Assembly: GCA_963717145.1 (NCBI GenBank)
Contig: OY970325.1
Span: 800,001 to 864,000, forward strand
Direction of reading: 5' to 3'
Length of the DNA: 64,000 bases
Source of the DNA: an uncultured Armatimonadetes bacterium
GTDB taxonomy: Bacteria; Armatimonadota; UBA5829; DTJY01
In this document: piece by piece, positions 39,690 to 50,614 of the stretch
Layout: each line of letters starts with the position of its first letter
How positions within the stretch are numbered: the stretch's first letter is position 1
Notes under the pieces: generated by a model
The model's database searches: none
Told to the model about the DNA's origin: nothing
Seen by the model: the letters and a program-made list of their open reading frames with translations, nothing else
Program-made: the position numbers and the translations under genes

Positions 39690-42423
39690 TTGAACAGATT
39701 ACTCGTCACCCTGGTTGCACTGATACCGCTCATCATCATCTCTCGGGCAGGCGCTGAGACGAAGGCCATCGCCGAATGGACCTTCGACACACCGGGGGAC
39801 CCGATGGGTTGGACTGTGGGAAGTGAGGTCGAGGGCCTGGCTGTCAGGGACGGGTCGTTCACCGGCAAGACGGTCGCCCGCGATCCCCTCGTCCACGGGC
39901 CGATGATCGATATCCCAGCGAAGCCGAACCAGTACGTCGAGATTCGGATGAAGTCGTCGGCGGATGGGAACGGCGAGCTGTACTGGGCGAATACCACCGA
40001 GCCGCCATACGAGGGATTCCGGCCGGAGCAGGTCTACCAGATCAAGTTCAAGGCCGGCGACTTCCGGGTCTACCGCATATTCCCATTCTGGCAGCAGGAG
40101 AAGAAGATCATCCGCCTGCGCCTCGACCCGCCCGAGAACGCCGAGTTCGCCATCGACTACATCAAGGTGCTTGAGATCACGGGTCTTGGTAAGAAGCGGC
40201 CCTTCTTCAACTTCTCGATGTCCGGCCATGGATGGGTCTCCCTGGGGAGCGCCAAACCGCTGTCATCTGGCTCCCTGGACGTCGGGTGGTCCGATGAGGT
40301 AGTCCAACTGGTGTCGCCTGGGATCGACGTCGATGCCGCCGAGTATCCGTGGCTGAGTGTGGGTGCTACCTCAACTGGAGTGGACCATGTCATCCTTCAG
40401 TGGGTCAATGACAGTCTACCTGGTGTCAGATCATATACCTTGCCGCTCAAGCCGGACGGCCACTGGCATACCTACAATATCCCTACCGAGACGATCCCTG
40501 ACTGGGGCGGTCGCATCAAGATGTTGGCAGTCCAGGTGCCCCCTACGGGCGGGAGTATCTTCGCCCTCTCGTCCTACGGTGCAACTCGCAGGCCGATGGG
40601 TGCTGCGGAGATCGAGTTGAAGAACCTCCGACTCCGAGAAGCGATCAGTCGTACGGGTCGTCCGGCTGCTATCGAAGCCACGCTCACCAACAAGGGTGGC
40701 GAGCCTGCCAAGATCGTCAAGGCCACGCTGCGGATACCGTCGTCCCCGGTCGGAGGAGCAGTGACCGACAAGACCGACCGCAGGATAGACGAGTTGAAGC
40801 CCGGTGAGAGCCAGGTTCTCACATGGACGGTCGACGCTCGAGGAGAGGGAGATTTCGAGGCGTCGATCGCCGTTGCCGCAACAAACGCGACAGAGACTTC
40901 GAGCCACAACGATTCTGCGCTGGTATCCAGACCGTCAAGGCCGACAAGGCATCCTACGTCCCTGAGCCGAAGCCGGTCCGGGGCGAGTTCGAGGTCGGGA
41001 TGTATTACTTCCCCGGCTGGCCGAACTACACCAAGTGGAGCGTGCTCGATGACTACCCCGAGAGGCGTCCGATCCTCGGCTACTACCGCGAGGGCGATCC
41101 GGAAGTAGCCGACTGGCAGATCAAGTGGATGGTCGAGCACGGCGTCACCTTCATCGTTTATGACTGGTACTGGTCGGCGGGGGCCGGATGCTCGAGCACG
41201 GCATCCACCAGGGCTTCTTCAACGCGAAGCACCACGACAAGATCAAGTTCTGCCTCCTCTGGGCGAATCACAACGCTGACGGCACTTCATCCGCCGAGGA
41301 TATGGTCAACGTCACCAACTTCTGGCTCGACAACTACTTCCTGCGCGACGACTACATGAAGGTCGACGGCAAGCCGGTGGTGGTTATCTTCTCGCCATAC
41401 CGCCTGACTAAAGACATGGGTGTGTCGGCAGTGAAGGCCGCCTTCGACAAGTCGCGCGAGATGGCGAAGGCGCGCGGGCTGAACGGCATCTACTTCGTCG
41501 GATGCACCTGGCCCGGCCCGGGTCAGTTGTCCCCGATGGAGGCGGAGGGCTACGATGCGGCGACCGGCTACAACTATCCCTCAGCCGGCGACAAAGGGCA
41601 GATCGTCGCTCCGTATGCCGACATGGTGACCGGTTTCAAGGATATCTGGAATGCGATTCAGGACAGCACCTCACTCCCGTACATCCCAGTCGCCGAGGCG
41701 GGGTGGGATGCCCGACCATGGCATGGACCGAACACTCGGAGGCGAACCGGCAAGACGCCGGAGCTGTTCAAGCAGATGCTCCTCAACTCCAAGGAGTTCG
41801 TGGAGAAGCGGAAGACCGCCGGGCCGAAGATGATGCTGATCGAGGCATGGAACGAGTACGGCGAGGGCGACTATGTCGAGCCGCATCAGGAGTGGGGATT
41901 CGCTCACGTGGATGCCATCCGCGAGGTCTTCACCAATGCGCCGAAGGAGCACATCGACCTCGTCCCGCAGGATGTCGGCCTCGGACCTTACGAGTTGGAG
42001 AAGCCGAAACCTGCAACCGCCTGGGAGTTCGACGACCCGAAGCACGCCGGCTTCGACACGATCCAGAACCTCACGAACGGCCGAGTCGAGAACGGCTGTC
42101 TCATGGCCGAGTCGAACGGGCCCGATCCGGCGATGTACGGCGAAACGACCGACATCGACTCGAAGGAATTCCGCACCGCTGAGTTCAGGATGAAGGTGGA
42201 CAAGGGGAGGGGGGCGCAGCTCTTCTGGGCCGGGAAGTCGCCCGGATACACCGAGCCGGCAAGCGCCAGGTTCGACATCACGGCGGACGGCGAGTTCCAC
42301 GTCTACAAGCTGGACCTCGGTTCATCGCCCGGATGGAAGGGGCGGATCGTCTCGTTCCGCTTCGATCCGACCGATGCCACCGGCGCGCACATCGAGTTGG
42401 ATTACCTGCGCCTGCTTCCCTAA
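39690..42423 (+). CDS. Secreted GH99-like glycoside hydrolase with CBM-like and CARDB-like domains; frameshifts near 40905 and 41185
   Basis: Signal peptide; YYFPGW and PILGYYREGD in intervening frame; KFCLLWANH, GWDARPW, EAWNEYGEG. Confidence 0.75.
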
Positions 42424-42483
42424 TCGCCAATCCGTCTCTCCCCGATAATACTGGTAGAGCTACCAGGTCATGGGGAGGGTGCA

Positions 42484-44042
42484 TTGAACGAATCGGAGAA
42501 GAGCTGGGAATCGTATCGCAGGCAGCAGGACGCCATCGAGCGTCGTGAGTGGCAGTTGTGGTGGCTCGCCATTCTGGTGATAGTCCTGTTGTCCGCGGGT
42601 GTTGTTACGCTCGATCTGACCAGCGTGAGGGGGCGACTGAACTCCGGCGTACTCGCGCTACTCGACAGTCACCTCATGCGGTACTCGCTCGTTGCCGCCG
42701 TGTTTCTGATCTGCGCCTACTTCCGCGACTCGATCCGCCGTCTGCGTCGATGGAACAACAGCCTGTTGGTCGATCTCCGGGAGCAGAGCGACCTCCTGAC
42801 ACGCAAGAATACCCAGATGGCGCAGTTGAAGGATGTATCAGACCGACTGCTGGGGAACCTCGACACGGAGGAGGGCCTCGACTTTCTCCTCGGCCTTGCG
42901 ATGAACGTCTCGGGCGCGCAGTCGGCCTCGATTCTCCTCGTTGACGAGGAGACACAGAGCCTCGAGCCCCATACGGCTCGGAGCATCACGAGGGGAGGCG
43001 CCCGAGCGACGAGGCCCACATCAACCGCAGTGCCGCTGAGTGGGTGATCGAGAACTCGAAGGCTTTGCTGCTCAACGTGGAGTCGGGCAATGAGTCATCG
43101 AGCCTCGTTGCTCCGGTGAGCGTCGGCGGCAAGGTGCTTGGAGTGCTCGGCGTGCGTGGAAAACCGGACGGGAGCGGGTTCAGCGATGATGAACTCGACG
43201 CGATCTCCACTCTCGCGAACCAGGCCGCGCTGGGCATCGAGAAGATGCACCTATACCGAAGGCTTCACGAGCAGGTCGCCTGCCTGCGAAAGGCCCTGCA
43301 CGAACTGCATCAGGCGCAGGCCAGCCTCATCCAGAACGAGAAACTTGCCTCCATCGGCCAACTCGCCGGCGGCATGGCTCACGAGATCAACAATCCGCTG
43401 CTGATCATCCTCGGGCGAGCTGAACTGCTGCTGATGGATACGGATCCCTCGAACCCGAACGCCTCCGATCTCGAGATCATAAAGTCCGAGACTCAACGGA
43501 TCGCGGGGATCGTCCGCAACCTGCTCAGCTTCTCCCGGGTGAACAAGACCGGCATCCTGAGCACGGTGGATGTCAACGAGATCATGGAGCGCGCGCTTCA
43601 ACTTGTCGAGATACAGGAATCGTCGGGCGAGATCGCGACGATCAAGCGGCTGTCGGGCGACTTACCGCCGATCTACGCCGAGAAGGGCGAGATCCAGCAG
43701 GTGTTCATGAACATCTGTATGAACGCATACCAGGCGATGAAGAACGGCGGCGGAAAGTTGATCGTGGAAACATCTCAGGACGACGCCGGATATGTCATCG
43801 CCAAGTTTGCAGACACCGGCCCCGGAATCCCGCGCGAGCACCTCGGGAAGATCTACGACCCGTTCTTCACCACCAAGTCGGAATCCGAGGGCACGGGACT
43901 CGGGCTCTCGGTCAGCCGAGGGATCGTGGAGAAGTACGGAGGCAAGATCGAGGTCGAGACCCGCGTGGGCGAGGGTGCGACTTTTGTGATCCGTCTCCCC
44001 GCCGCGGAAGAAGCCGCCCGCGACGTGCCGAAAGCGGCCTAA
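42484..44042 (+). CDS. Membrane sensor histidine kinase (GAF-HisKA-HATPase), frameshift near 43015
   Basis: Two TM segments, GAF, AHEINNPL, DTGPGI, DPFFTTK, GTGLGL. Confidence 0.88.
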
Positions 44043-44050
44043 CCACCACT

Positions 44051-44199
44051 GTTCGGGCAGGAAGAAGACTGTTCGGGCAGGAGTTGTGCTCCTGCCCGCG
44101 CCACTGATGGGGGGAGTTCAACTCCCCAGATGGTCTTGCGGGAGGGAGTACAACTCCCTCCCGAACAGCGAGGGTGGGCGGCACAAGGCACGCCCCTAC
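44051..44199. repeat. Cluster of GTTCGGG-ended and GTAG-ended REP-like palindromes
   Basis: GTTCGGGCAGGAG...CTCCTGCCCG, GGGAGGGAGTACAACTCCCTCCCGAAC, and RAYT-family REP at 44176-44199. Confidence 0.75.
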
Positions 44200-46082
44200 T
44201 TGAAGCTCGGCAGGATGATTCCCCGCATGATGATGTTCTGACAGAACACGAATATCAACAGCGTCGGAATCGCCATCAACGTCAGCGCAGACATCGTGAT
44301 GTACTTCGGCGCGAGGATCTGCATCTCATAAAGCCACACCATCATCGTCCACATCTTCTGGTTCTGGCAGACCAGGAACGCAAACATGAACGCCCCATAC
44401 GCCGCCGTGAACGATCCGAGCGCAATCACCGCGAAGATCGGCTTCGAGAGCGGAACCGTGATCTGCCAGAACATCCTCGGCTCGGACGCGCCGTCGATTG
44501 TTGCGGCTTCGTAAAGCTCCTTCGGCAGGCTGTCGAAGAACCCCTTGAGCAGGAAGATGAAGTATCCCCCCGCCATTCCGGGTAAGATCAGCGCCCAGAA
44601 CGTGTTCAGCATGTGGAGCTTCTTGAGCATCAGGAAGTTTGGTATCGCCGTGACTTCCGCCGGAAACGCCATCGTGGCGAGCAGGAAGAGCAGCACCTTG
44701 TACGAGTATTTCAGGTTGTACCTGGACAGAGCATACGCGCACGCCGGGTTCACGATCAGGTGAGTCAGGATCACGATCGCGCAGAAGATGATCGTGTTGA
44801 TGACGGCCCGGCCGTGGAGCGCCATGTAGCTGATGACCGTGGTGTAGTTTCGAGTGACGAAATGCTTCCGCAGGAACTTGCGATTGTCCTGTATGTATTT
44901 CCAGTCGGCGAGCGCGTAAGGCGCGTCCAGTTCCATGATGTTCTTCATCGTGGTCCCGTAGGCCCGATTGACCCCATCCAGGCTGCCGTACTGCTTCAGG
45001 ACCCGGTCGCGGAACAGGTTCTCGGCGTTCAAAGCGTGGAGTGCCGTCACCGGCGCGGCCTGGGAGATGAACTCCATCCAGTCCGTGAGCGGAGTGCCCT
45101 CTCTGGGGAGTCCCTTCGGCAGGGCTATCTGATCGAACGAGGTGTGAGCGGTCTTGTAGACGCGGTTGATCTCGCCGATGTTGTTCAGGTAGCGCTTCGA
45201 CAGGAACGACCGGTAGGCGGGCGCTGCCTCATCGGAAACGTGCATGAAGCGGAAGGGGAGGATCGTATGCACGAACTCCGCCCAATCCGGGCGCGCCTTC
45301 GGATTCGCAGGGAGCGATGGCGAAAGATGCACATCCGTGAACGACTTGTAGTTCGTTCCATACGTTGCGTTCAACCTTGCGATATCGGAATCGTACTTGT
45401 CTTCCCTCAGGAATTTGGTGAACAGCAGTTCGCAGCCGACGACCCGCACGTAGTCCACGGGCAGGGACGCCTCGAACCTGAGCCATTCCTGCACCTTCGC
45501 TGATCTGTCCGGCTGCCATTCCCGCTGATCGGTCCGCTCGAACGGGGCGAAAACCGTCTCGAAGCCGTTGTTCTCTTCCCGATAGAGCTTGTTCAATGCT
45601 CCGATGTCACCCTTGAATCGCTTCGACAGGAATGCGCGATACTTGTCGAGCAGTAGACTCGGGCAGTGGGACGTGCCGGGGATGGGCAGGTAGTTCGCCT
45701 GCTTGTAGGTCATCGGCAGGCTCTTGCTGAAAGTGTTCCAGTCGTTGACCAGTGTCCTCTGGCCCGTGCTCAACGGCGTGGTCTGAGGCGCTTCGACGTT
45801 CTCGAGCTTGGCGAAGTCGGTCCGATAGTAGCCGTTGATCGCCTCGATGTCGCCGGCGAGCTTGATCTCAGCGTACTTGGCGAAGAGGGCCGTGTTGCTG
45901 TAGAAGTACTTCGGCACCACCTGGTAGTCATTGACGTCGACGCTGCTCTTGACGGCGGTGGAGAGCATGACGAGGAACGGATAGACCATGGTGATCGAGC
46001 CGACCGACAGCACGATGTAGATCCCTGCAATCAGCAGTCTCATGGACAGCGATTTTCGACCGACGGTCGGTATGATGGACAT
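44196..46082 (-). CDS. Carbohydrate ABC permease (MalG-like) with large extracytoplasmic insertion
   Basis: LPKELYEAATIDGAS EAA loop; about 370-aa soluble insert after TM1. Confidence 0.88.
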   Translation of the reverse strand: MSIIPTVGRKSLSMRLLIAGIYIVLSVGSITMVYPFLVMLSTAVKSSVDVNDYQVVPKYFYSNTALFAKYAEIKLAGDIEAINGYYRTDFAKLENVEAPQTTPLSTGQRTLVNDWNTFSKSLPMTYKQANYLPIPGTSHCPSLLLDKYRAFLSKRFKGDIGALNKLYREENNGFETVFAPFERTDQREWQPDRSAKVQEWLRFEASLPVDYVRVVGCELLFTKFLREDKYDSDIARLNATYGTNYKSFTDVHLSPSLPANPKARPDWAEFVHTILPFRFMHVSDEAAPAYRSFLSKRYLNNIGEINRVYKTAHTSFDQIALPKGLPREGTPLTDWMEFISQAAPVTALHALNAENLFRDRVLKQYGSLDGVNRAYGTTMKNIMELDAPYALADWKYIQDNRKFLRKHFVTRNYTTVISYMALHGRAVINTIIFCAIVILTHLIVNPACAYALSRYNLKYSYKVLLFLLATMAFPAEVTAIPNFLMLKKLHMLNTFWALILPGMAGGYFIFLLKGFFDSLPKELYEAATIDGASEPRMFWQITVPLSKPIFAVIALGSFTAAYGAFMFAFLVCQNQKMWTMMVWLYEMQILAPKYITMSALTLMAIPTLLIFVFCQNIIMRGIILPSFK

Positions 46083-46086
46083 TCTG

Positions 46087-48573
46087 CTATTCCTCCCGCC
46101 CGGACGTAGAGAACCTTACGTGCTTGAGTATTCTGAGCTGGTACATCGTGAAGCCGATGAGCATGCTCCCCATGATCCATGCGGCCGCGGTGGCGTAACC
46201 GAACCGCAGATACATGAAGGCGTTGTACCAGATCTCGAGGCTGATCGTGTGGGTCGCGTTCAGCGGCCCACCGCCGGTCATGATGAAGATGTTCTCCATC
46301 ACCTTGAACGAGCCGATGAAGACGCCGACGAAGTTGATGATGATCAGCGGCTTCAGGCTCGGCACAGTGATCCGCCATACCTTGCTGAACGGTCCCGCGC
46401 CGTCGATGTCGGCAGCCTCGTACATGTCGTCGGGGATGCCCTTCATGGCGGCCAGGTAGAGAATGCTCCCCGGTCCTGCGCCCGCCCATATCGCAGGCAG
46501 GATGATGCAGAGCATCGCCAGCTTCGGGTCCTGGAGCCAGGTTTGCTGGGTGATCTGCAGGTGGCTCAGCCAGGGATGTACGTGAGCCGCCAGCGCCATC
46601 GCCATCTGATTATAGTATCCGATCAGCGTGTTGAAGAGGCCCTGCGGAGAGGGATCGTAGAACCACTTCCAGAGGAAGATGATGACCAGCGCGCTCGTGA
46701 CAGCCGGAAGGTAGAACAGCGTCCGGAAGAGCATCTTTCCTCTCGGGACTTCATGCAGGAACAGCGCCAGGATGATCGGCACGCAAAACCCCAGTCCGAT
46801 ATTCAGCGTGACGTAGGTCAGCGTGTTGATGACGCCTTTGCGGAACGTGTCCGAGTTCACCGCCTCAATGAAGTTGTCGAGGCCGACGAACGCGCCTCCG
46901 CCCAGGATTCGGTAGTCCTGGAATGCCATCATCATGCCGCGCAGGAGCGGATAGTAGTTCCAGATCAGGATCGAGAGTACCGCCGGCAGCATGAATAGCC
47001 AGGCCATGACGTGGATCATCTTGTTGCCACGCCCTCGGACCATCGTGGAGTCCTCGGTGTCCTCCGAATGTGCCCTGGCCAGGTTTCTGACCGAGATCGC
47101 GGCGATAGTGCCGATCAGCAGGAAGAGGGTTGCGAAGATGCCCCAGCCGATCTTCCGGCGGCGGTTCATGACGTCGGGGTCGATGTACCCGAGCATCTTG
47201 GTGTCGATCCGCTCGGCAGCGGCATCGAGGATCGCCCTCGGGTCCTTCTTGGGGTGAAGCTTGATGTCCTGGAGGGGATAGTCAAGCTCGATGTAGATCA
47301 TCTCGCAGTTTCTGCCGTGAGGTTCGGGGCGTCCGTGCTTGAAGGCCTCCTTGTTCGCCTCGATCCAGCCCCTGGGTATGTCGCGCAGGTATTCCTTGTA
47401 GCCGAACTTCTCCAGCTTGTCGGGGCTGACCGTCTTGCCGAGGCCGGCCTCCACATATGCCTTGGTTCTGATCCGATCGGCCTCTTCGCTGGACATGAAC
47501 TTGACATACTCCCAGGCGGCGTCCCGGACCCGCTGGTCCTTGATCTGGGAGTTGATGCCCCACATGCCGGCGTTGATCTCGTTCGCTCGGCCTGCGGGTC
47601 CTGCCGGGAGAGCCGCGATCCCGATCAACGCCGGGTTGATCCCGGACGTGCGGTTCGTCACCATGTCATAGGAGTAGCCGAACCACTGGGCGATCTTGTC
47701 CTGCGCGATGTCGGTCGCGTAGGTAGTCGTGTGGGATGCGACGCCGTTGATGATCTTGCCGTCTGACGGGCGTTTCCACGGATCGACCACCAGCTTACGG
47801 AAGAACTCGAGCGCTGCGACGCCTGCATCGTCGTTGAAGACACAGTGCCATTCGCCCTTCTTGTCCTTTGCGACGATATCACCGCCTGCCTGCCAGAGGA
47901 AGTTAATCCAGTGGAAGGCAGTCCCACTCGGGCTTGCCGCGAATCCGAAGCCGTACTGGCCCTTCTCCGGGATGGTGAGCTTCTGGCAATACTTGTAGAA
48001 CTCGTCCCAGTCCTTCGGCGGCTTGTTCGGATCGAGGCCCGCTGCTCTGTAGAGATCCTTGCGGTAGTAGAGCGCCATCACGCATTGGAACCAGGGCATG
48101 CTGTAGACGTGACCATCGACGGTGATGACCTCACGGATCGTCGGATGGACTCGCGCCAGGACCTCCGGGTCCTTCTTGACGTAGTCGTCGAGCTTGAGGA
48201 GGAATCCCTGGTTGATGTAGTTGTCGAGCTTGCGGAAGTTGACGTAGAAGACGTCCGGCGCAGTTCCGCCGGCCATCGCCATGAGGAGTCCCGACTCCTG
48301 CGCCGGCCCCTGGACCTGCAGGCCGCTCGCGCTGATGATGGTGATGTCCGGATGAAGCTCGGCGAACCGTTCGAAAACCTTACGCTGTGCCCGTCGCCAT
48401 GGATCGGTCGAGTCCTTCGCCGGGATGCCCCAGTCGCCGCCCCAGAGCCGGAGTTCGATGACATCCTTATCGGGAGAGGGTGCTCCGTTCACGGCCGGAA
48501 GAAGTACCGGCGAAAAGAAGGTGAGTGCGAGCAGGATCAGGGTGCACAGGATATACGATATGAGTCGCTGCAA
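46087..48573 (-). CDS. Solute-binding protein fused to carbohydrate ABC permease (MalF-like)
   Basis: AGGTAPDV, ALYYRKDLY...PPKDWDE; C-terminal YEAADIDGAG; TTG start after AGGAG. Confidence 0.9.
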   Translation of the reverse strand: MQRLISYILCTLILLALTFFSPVLLPAVNGAPSPDKDVIELRLWGGDWGIPAKDSTDPWRRAQRKVFERFAELHPDITIISASGLQVQGPAQESGLLMAMAGGTAPDVFYVNFRKLDNYINQGFLLKLDDYVKKDPEVLARVHPTIREVITVDGHVYSMPWFQCVMALYYRKDLYRAAGLDPNKPPKDWDEFYKYCQKLTIPEKGQYGFGFAASPSGTAFHWINFLWQAGGDIVAKDKKGEWHCVFNDDAGVAALEFFRKLVVDPWKRPSDGKIINGVASHTTTYATDIAQDKIAQWFGYSYDMVTNRTSGINPALIGIAALPAGPAGRANEINAGMWGINSQIKDQRVRDAAWEYVKFMSSEEADRIRTKAYVEAGLGKTVSPDKLEKFGYKEYLRDIPRGWIEANKEAFKHGRPEPHGRNCEMIYIELDYPLQDIKLHPKKDPRAILDAAAERIDTKMLGYIDPDVMNRRRKIGWGIFATLFLLIGTIAAISVRNLARAHSEDTEDSTMVRGRGNKMIHVMAWLFMLPAVLSILIWNYYPLLRGMMMAFQDYRILGGGAFVGLDNFIEAVNSDTFRKGVINTLTYVTLNIGLGFCVPIILALFLHEVPRGKMLFRTLFYLPAVTSALVIIFLWKWFYDPSPQGLFNTLIGYYNQMAMALAAHVHPWLSHLQITQQTWLQDPKLAMLCIILPAIWAGAGPGSILYLAAMKGIPDDMYEAADIDGAGPFSKVWRITVPSLKPLIIINFVGVFIGSFKVMENIFIMTGGGPLNATHTISLEIWYNAFMYLRFGYATAAAWIMGSMLIGFTMYQLRILKHVRFSTSGREE

Positions 48574-48653
48574 GTCTTGCTCCTGGAGTGTACTGTGCGG
48601 TGTGCCGGAAGTACCAAGGCAGTATACCAAGCCCGGCCATTTCCGTCAATGGT

Positions 48654-48708
48654 TTTGGAGTGCGGCGGCTCGACGCCGCTTTGCTGAGCCGTGGCTGGAC
48701 ACGGCGGC
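48654..48708. repeat. Half copy of GGAGTGCG element
   Basis: Inverted, slightly diverged copy of 49987-50041. Confidence 0.75.
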
Positions 48709-48729
48709 GCTTGATACCTGCGATGCTGA

Positions 48730-48808
48730 CGGATGTCATTCAGCAGCAGCGAAGAATCTGGCCTTTGGCAGCCGCCAGATTCTTCGCTGCTGCTCAGAAT
48801 GACATCCG
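48730..48808. repeat. GTCATTC...GAATGAC palindromic element
   Basis: Long stem with 2-nt bulge; family of 25247-25320. Confidence 0.85.
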
Positions 48809-48857
48809 AGGACCAAGCGATCTGGTTTATTTTCCGCTCCGATGGGCAAAAAACATC

Positions 48858-48916
48858 TTGACAAACAGATGTTCGATGCCTATAATCTTGGATGGCGGTA
48901 AGCGAACATGCGTTCT
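48858..48916 (+). promoter_or_regulatory. Consensus sigma70 promoter with two GAAC-N4-GTTC (LexA-type) boxes
   Basis: TTGACA 48858-63, 17 bp, TATAAT 48881-86; CAAACAGATGTTCG 48862-75; CGAACATGCGTTCT 48903-16. Confidence 0.85.
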
Positions 48917-50218
48917 ATCATTCATTTTAGGCTGAATTCATTCTGTGCAAAGCTGGAGCAGCTTCGGAAGCCGGAGCTTGTCGGGAAGCCGGTCCTGGTG
49001 ACCCACAAGTCCGGCCGCGGGGAGTTTGTCGTCTCCGCGTCTTTGGAGTGCGATGGCTCGACATCGCTTTTTTCCAGGCGGCTTGACGCCGTCCACGTCG
49101 GCAAAAGCGATGTCGAGCCATCGCACTCCAAAGACATCACCGCCCGCCATGCCCTGCGATACTGTCCGACCGCGATCGTCGTCCCGGCGGATTGGGATTT
49201 CTACCGCGAGACGTCCGAGGCAGTGATGGACATCCTCTCGGCCTACTCGCCGCGTCTCGAGCCGGACTCGCTCGACAAGGCGTACATGGACGTCACCGGC
49301 TGCACGAAGCTCTTCGGGTCGCCGAAGCGGATCGCCCAAGAGGTTCAGCGGCGGGTGATGGATGAGATCGGCGTGCCGGTGTCGATTGGCATCGCGCGGA
49401 ACAAGCTGGCGGCGTGCGCGGCGTCATCGGCGTGCGAGCCTGGGGGATACATGGCGGTCAGGCCCGGAACCGAGGCGGAATTCGTCTCGAAGCTTCCGGT
49501 CGGCAGCCTGAACGGGGTAGGGCCGAAGATCGAGAAGCGCCTGCAGGTGCTTGGCGTGCGGACCACCGGCGATCTGGCGGCGATCCCCGAGCGGCTCTTG
49601 ATCCGGCAGTTCGGCGCGCTGGGGAGTCGCTTGCGCACTCAGTCGCAGGGGATCGACTACGCCCCGGTGGCGGCGCTCTATCCGCTGCCGATTATTATTA
49701 TCGAACATACGTTTGGTTATGATGATGCCGACCCGTCCGAGCCGGGGATTGTGGAGGCATACCTGCTCTGGATGTGCGAGCGGCTGGCGATGCAGATGCG
49801 CAAACGCGATCAGCAGGCCGGGTCGCTCAAACTCTTGCTGGAGTATGGATCGGCGTCCGAGAGTCGGTTCTACGCATTCAAGACGCCGGTCTCCTCGGCG
49901 CACGATATCTATATAGGTGCGCGGCGGCTTTGGAGTGCGATGGCTCGACATCGCTTTGATCCAGGCGGCTCGACGCCCTCCGGGTCGCCGCCGTGTCAAG
50001 CCACGGCTCAACAAAGCGATGTCGAGCCATCGCACTCCAAAGCCGTCTGCGGCCTGAAGCTCACCCTTAGCGACTTGGAGTCCGGCAGCGGCATCCAACT
50101 CAGTCTGATAGGCGACGCCGAGCGCCGGATGCGGCTCGATGCCGTGCTGGAGACGATCCGCTCACGCTTCGGCGACCGAGCGATCGCATACTTGAGAACA
50201 CAGATGGCACAGATTTAA
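48908..50218 (+). CDS. Y-family polymerase homolog, probably inactive (ImuB-like)
   Basis: IIHFRLNSF and SLDKAYMD replace HxDxDxF and SIDEAY; SIGIARNKLAA; GVGPK; QLSL clamp motif; two in-frame palindromes. Confidence 0.85.
   Translation: MRSIIHFRLNSFCAKLEQLRKPELVGKPVLVTHKSGRGEFVVSASLECDGSTSLFSRRLDAVHVGKSDVEPSHSKDITARHALRYCPTAIVVPADWDFYRETSEAVMDILSAYSPRLEPDSLDKAYMDVTGCTKLFGSPKRIAQEVQRRVMDEIGVPVSIGIARNKLAACAASSACEPGGYMAVRPGTEAEFVSKLPVGSLNGVGPKIEKRLQVLGVRTTGDLAAIPERLLIRQFGALGSRLRTQSQGIDYAPVAALYPLPIIIIEHTFGYDDADPSEPGIVEAYLLWMCERLAMQMRKRDQQAGSLKLLLEYGSASESRFYAFKTPVSSAHDIYIGARRLWSAMARHRFDPGGSTPSGSPPCQATAQQSDVEPSHSKAVCGLKLTLSDLESGSGIQLSLIGDAERRMRLDAVLETIRSRFGDRAIAYLRTQMAQI
49039..49135. repeat. GGAGTGCG palindromic element, in-frame in Y-family gene
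   Basis: Perfect 33-bp arms 49039-49071/49103-49135. Confidence 0.92.
49925..50045. repeat. GGAGTGCG palindromic element, in-frame in Y-family gene
   Basis: Perfect 34-bp arms 49925-49958/50012-50045. Confidence 0.92.
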
Positions 50219-50286
50219 GGGGATAAAGCGGATTTTTATTCCCAATTTTCTGTATTATCTGTGCTCCATCCGTGTAATCTGTGTTC
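50197..50286. repeat. ACACAGAT/ATCTGTGT decamer-type inverted array
   Basis: Similar arrays at 50533-50610, 54943-55046 and 58420-58558. Confidence 0.75.
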
Positions 50287-50289
50287 CAA

Positions 50290-50529
50290 ATGAATCGTTT
50301 AGTTCAGATAGCCTTAGACAGCAGGAAGCACGCGCCGGCCGCGTTTCGATGGCGGGGGCGGCTCTACAAGGTCGCCGCCATCCGGGAATGTTGGCGGCTT
50401 CTGGGCGCGTGGTGGGATGGGGAAGGGGAGCGGACCTTCTTCCGCGTCCAGACGGATTCGGGCGGGATATTCGAGCTTTCCTACGATCACATCCACCGCT
50501 CCTGGCTGCTCGACCGGGTGGAAGACTAA
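50290..50529 (+). CDS. DUF6504-like small protein (ImuB C-terminal-like domain)
   Basis: PAAFRWRGRLYKV...WW...FFRV...GIFEL...WLL. Confidence 0.8.
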   Translation: MNRLVQIALDSRKHAPAAFRWRGRLYKVAAIRECWRLLGAWWDGEGERTFFRVQTDSGGIFELSYDHIHRSWLLDRVED

Positions 50530-50614
50530 GAAGAACACAGATGACACAGAAAGGAAACGGAAAACACAGAAAAATCCGTTATCTGCGTTCATTTGCGTTC
50601 ATTTGCGGTTTGAA

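Noticed and set aside
49039-49135. Intein or intron in the Y-family gene (insert begins with Cys)
   Set aside because: Only about 30 aa, no His-Asn end or intron core; explained by a DNA palindrome
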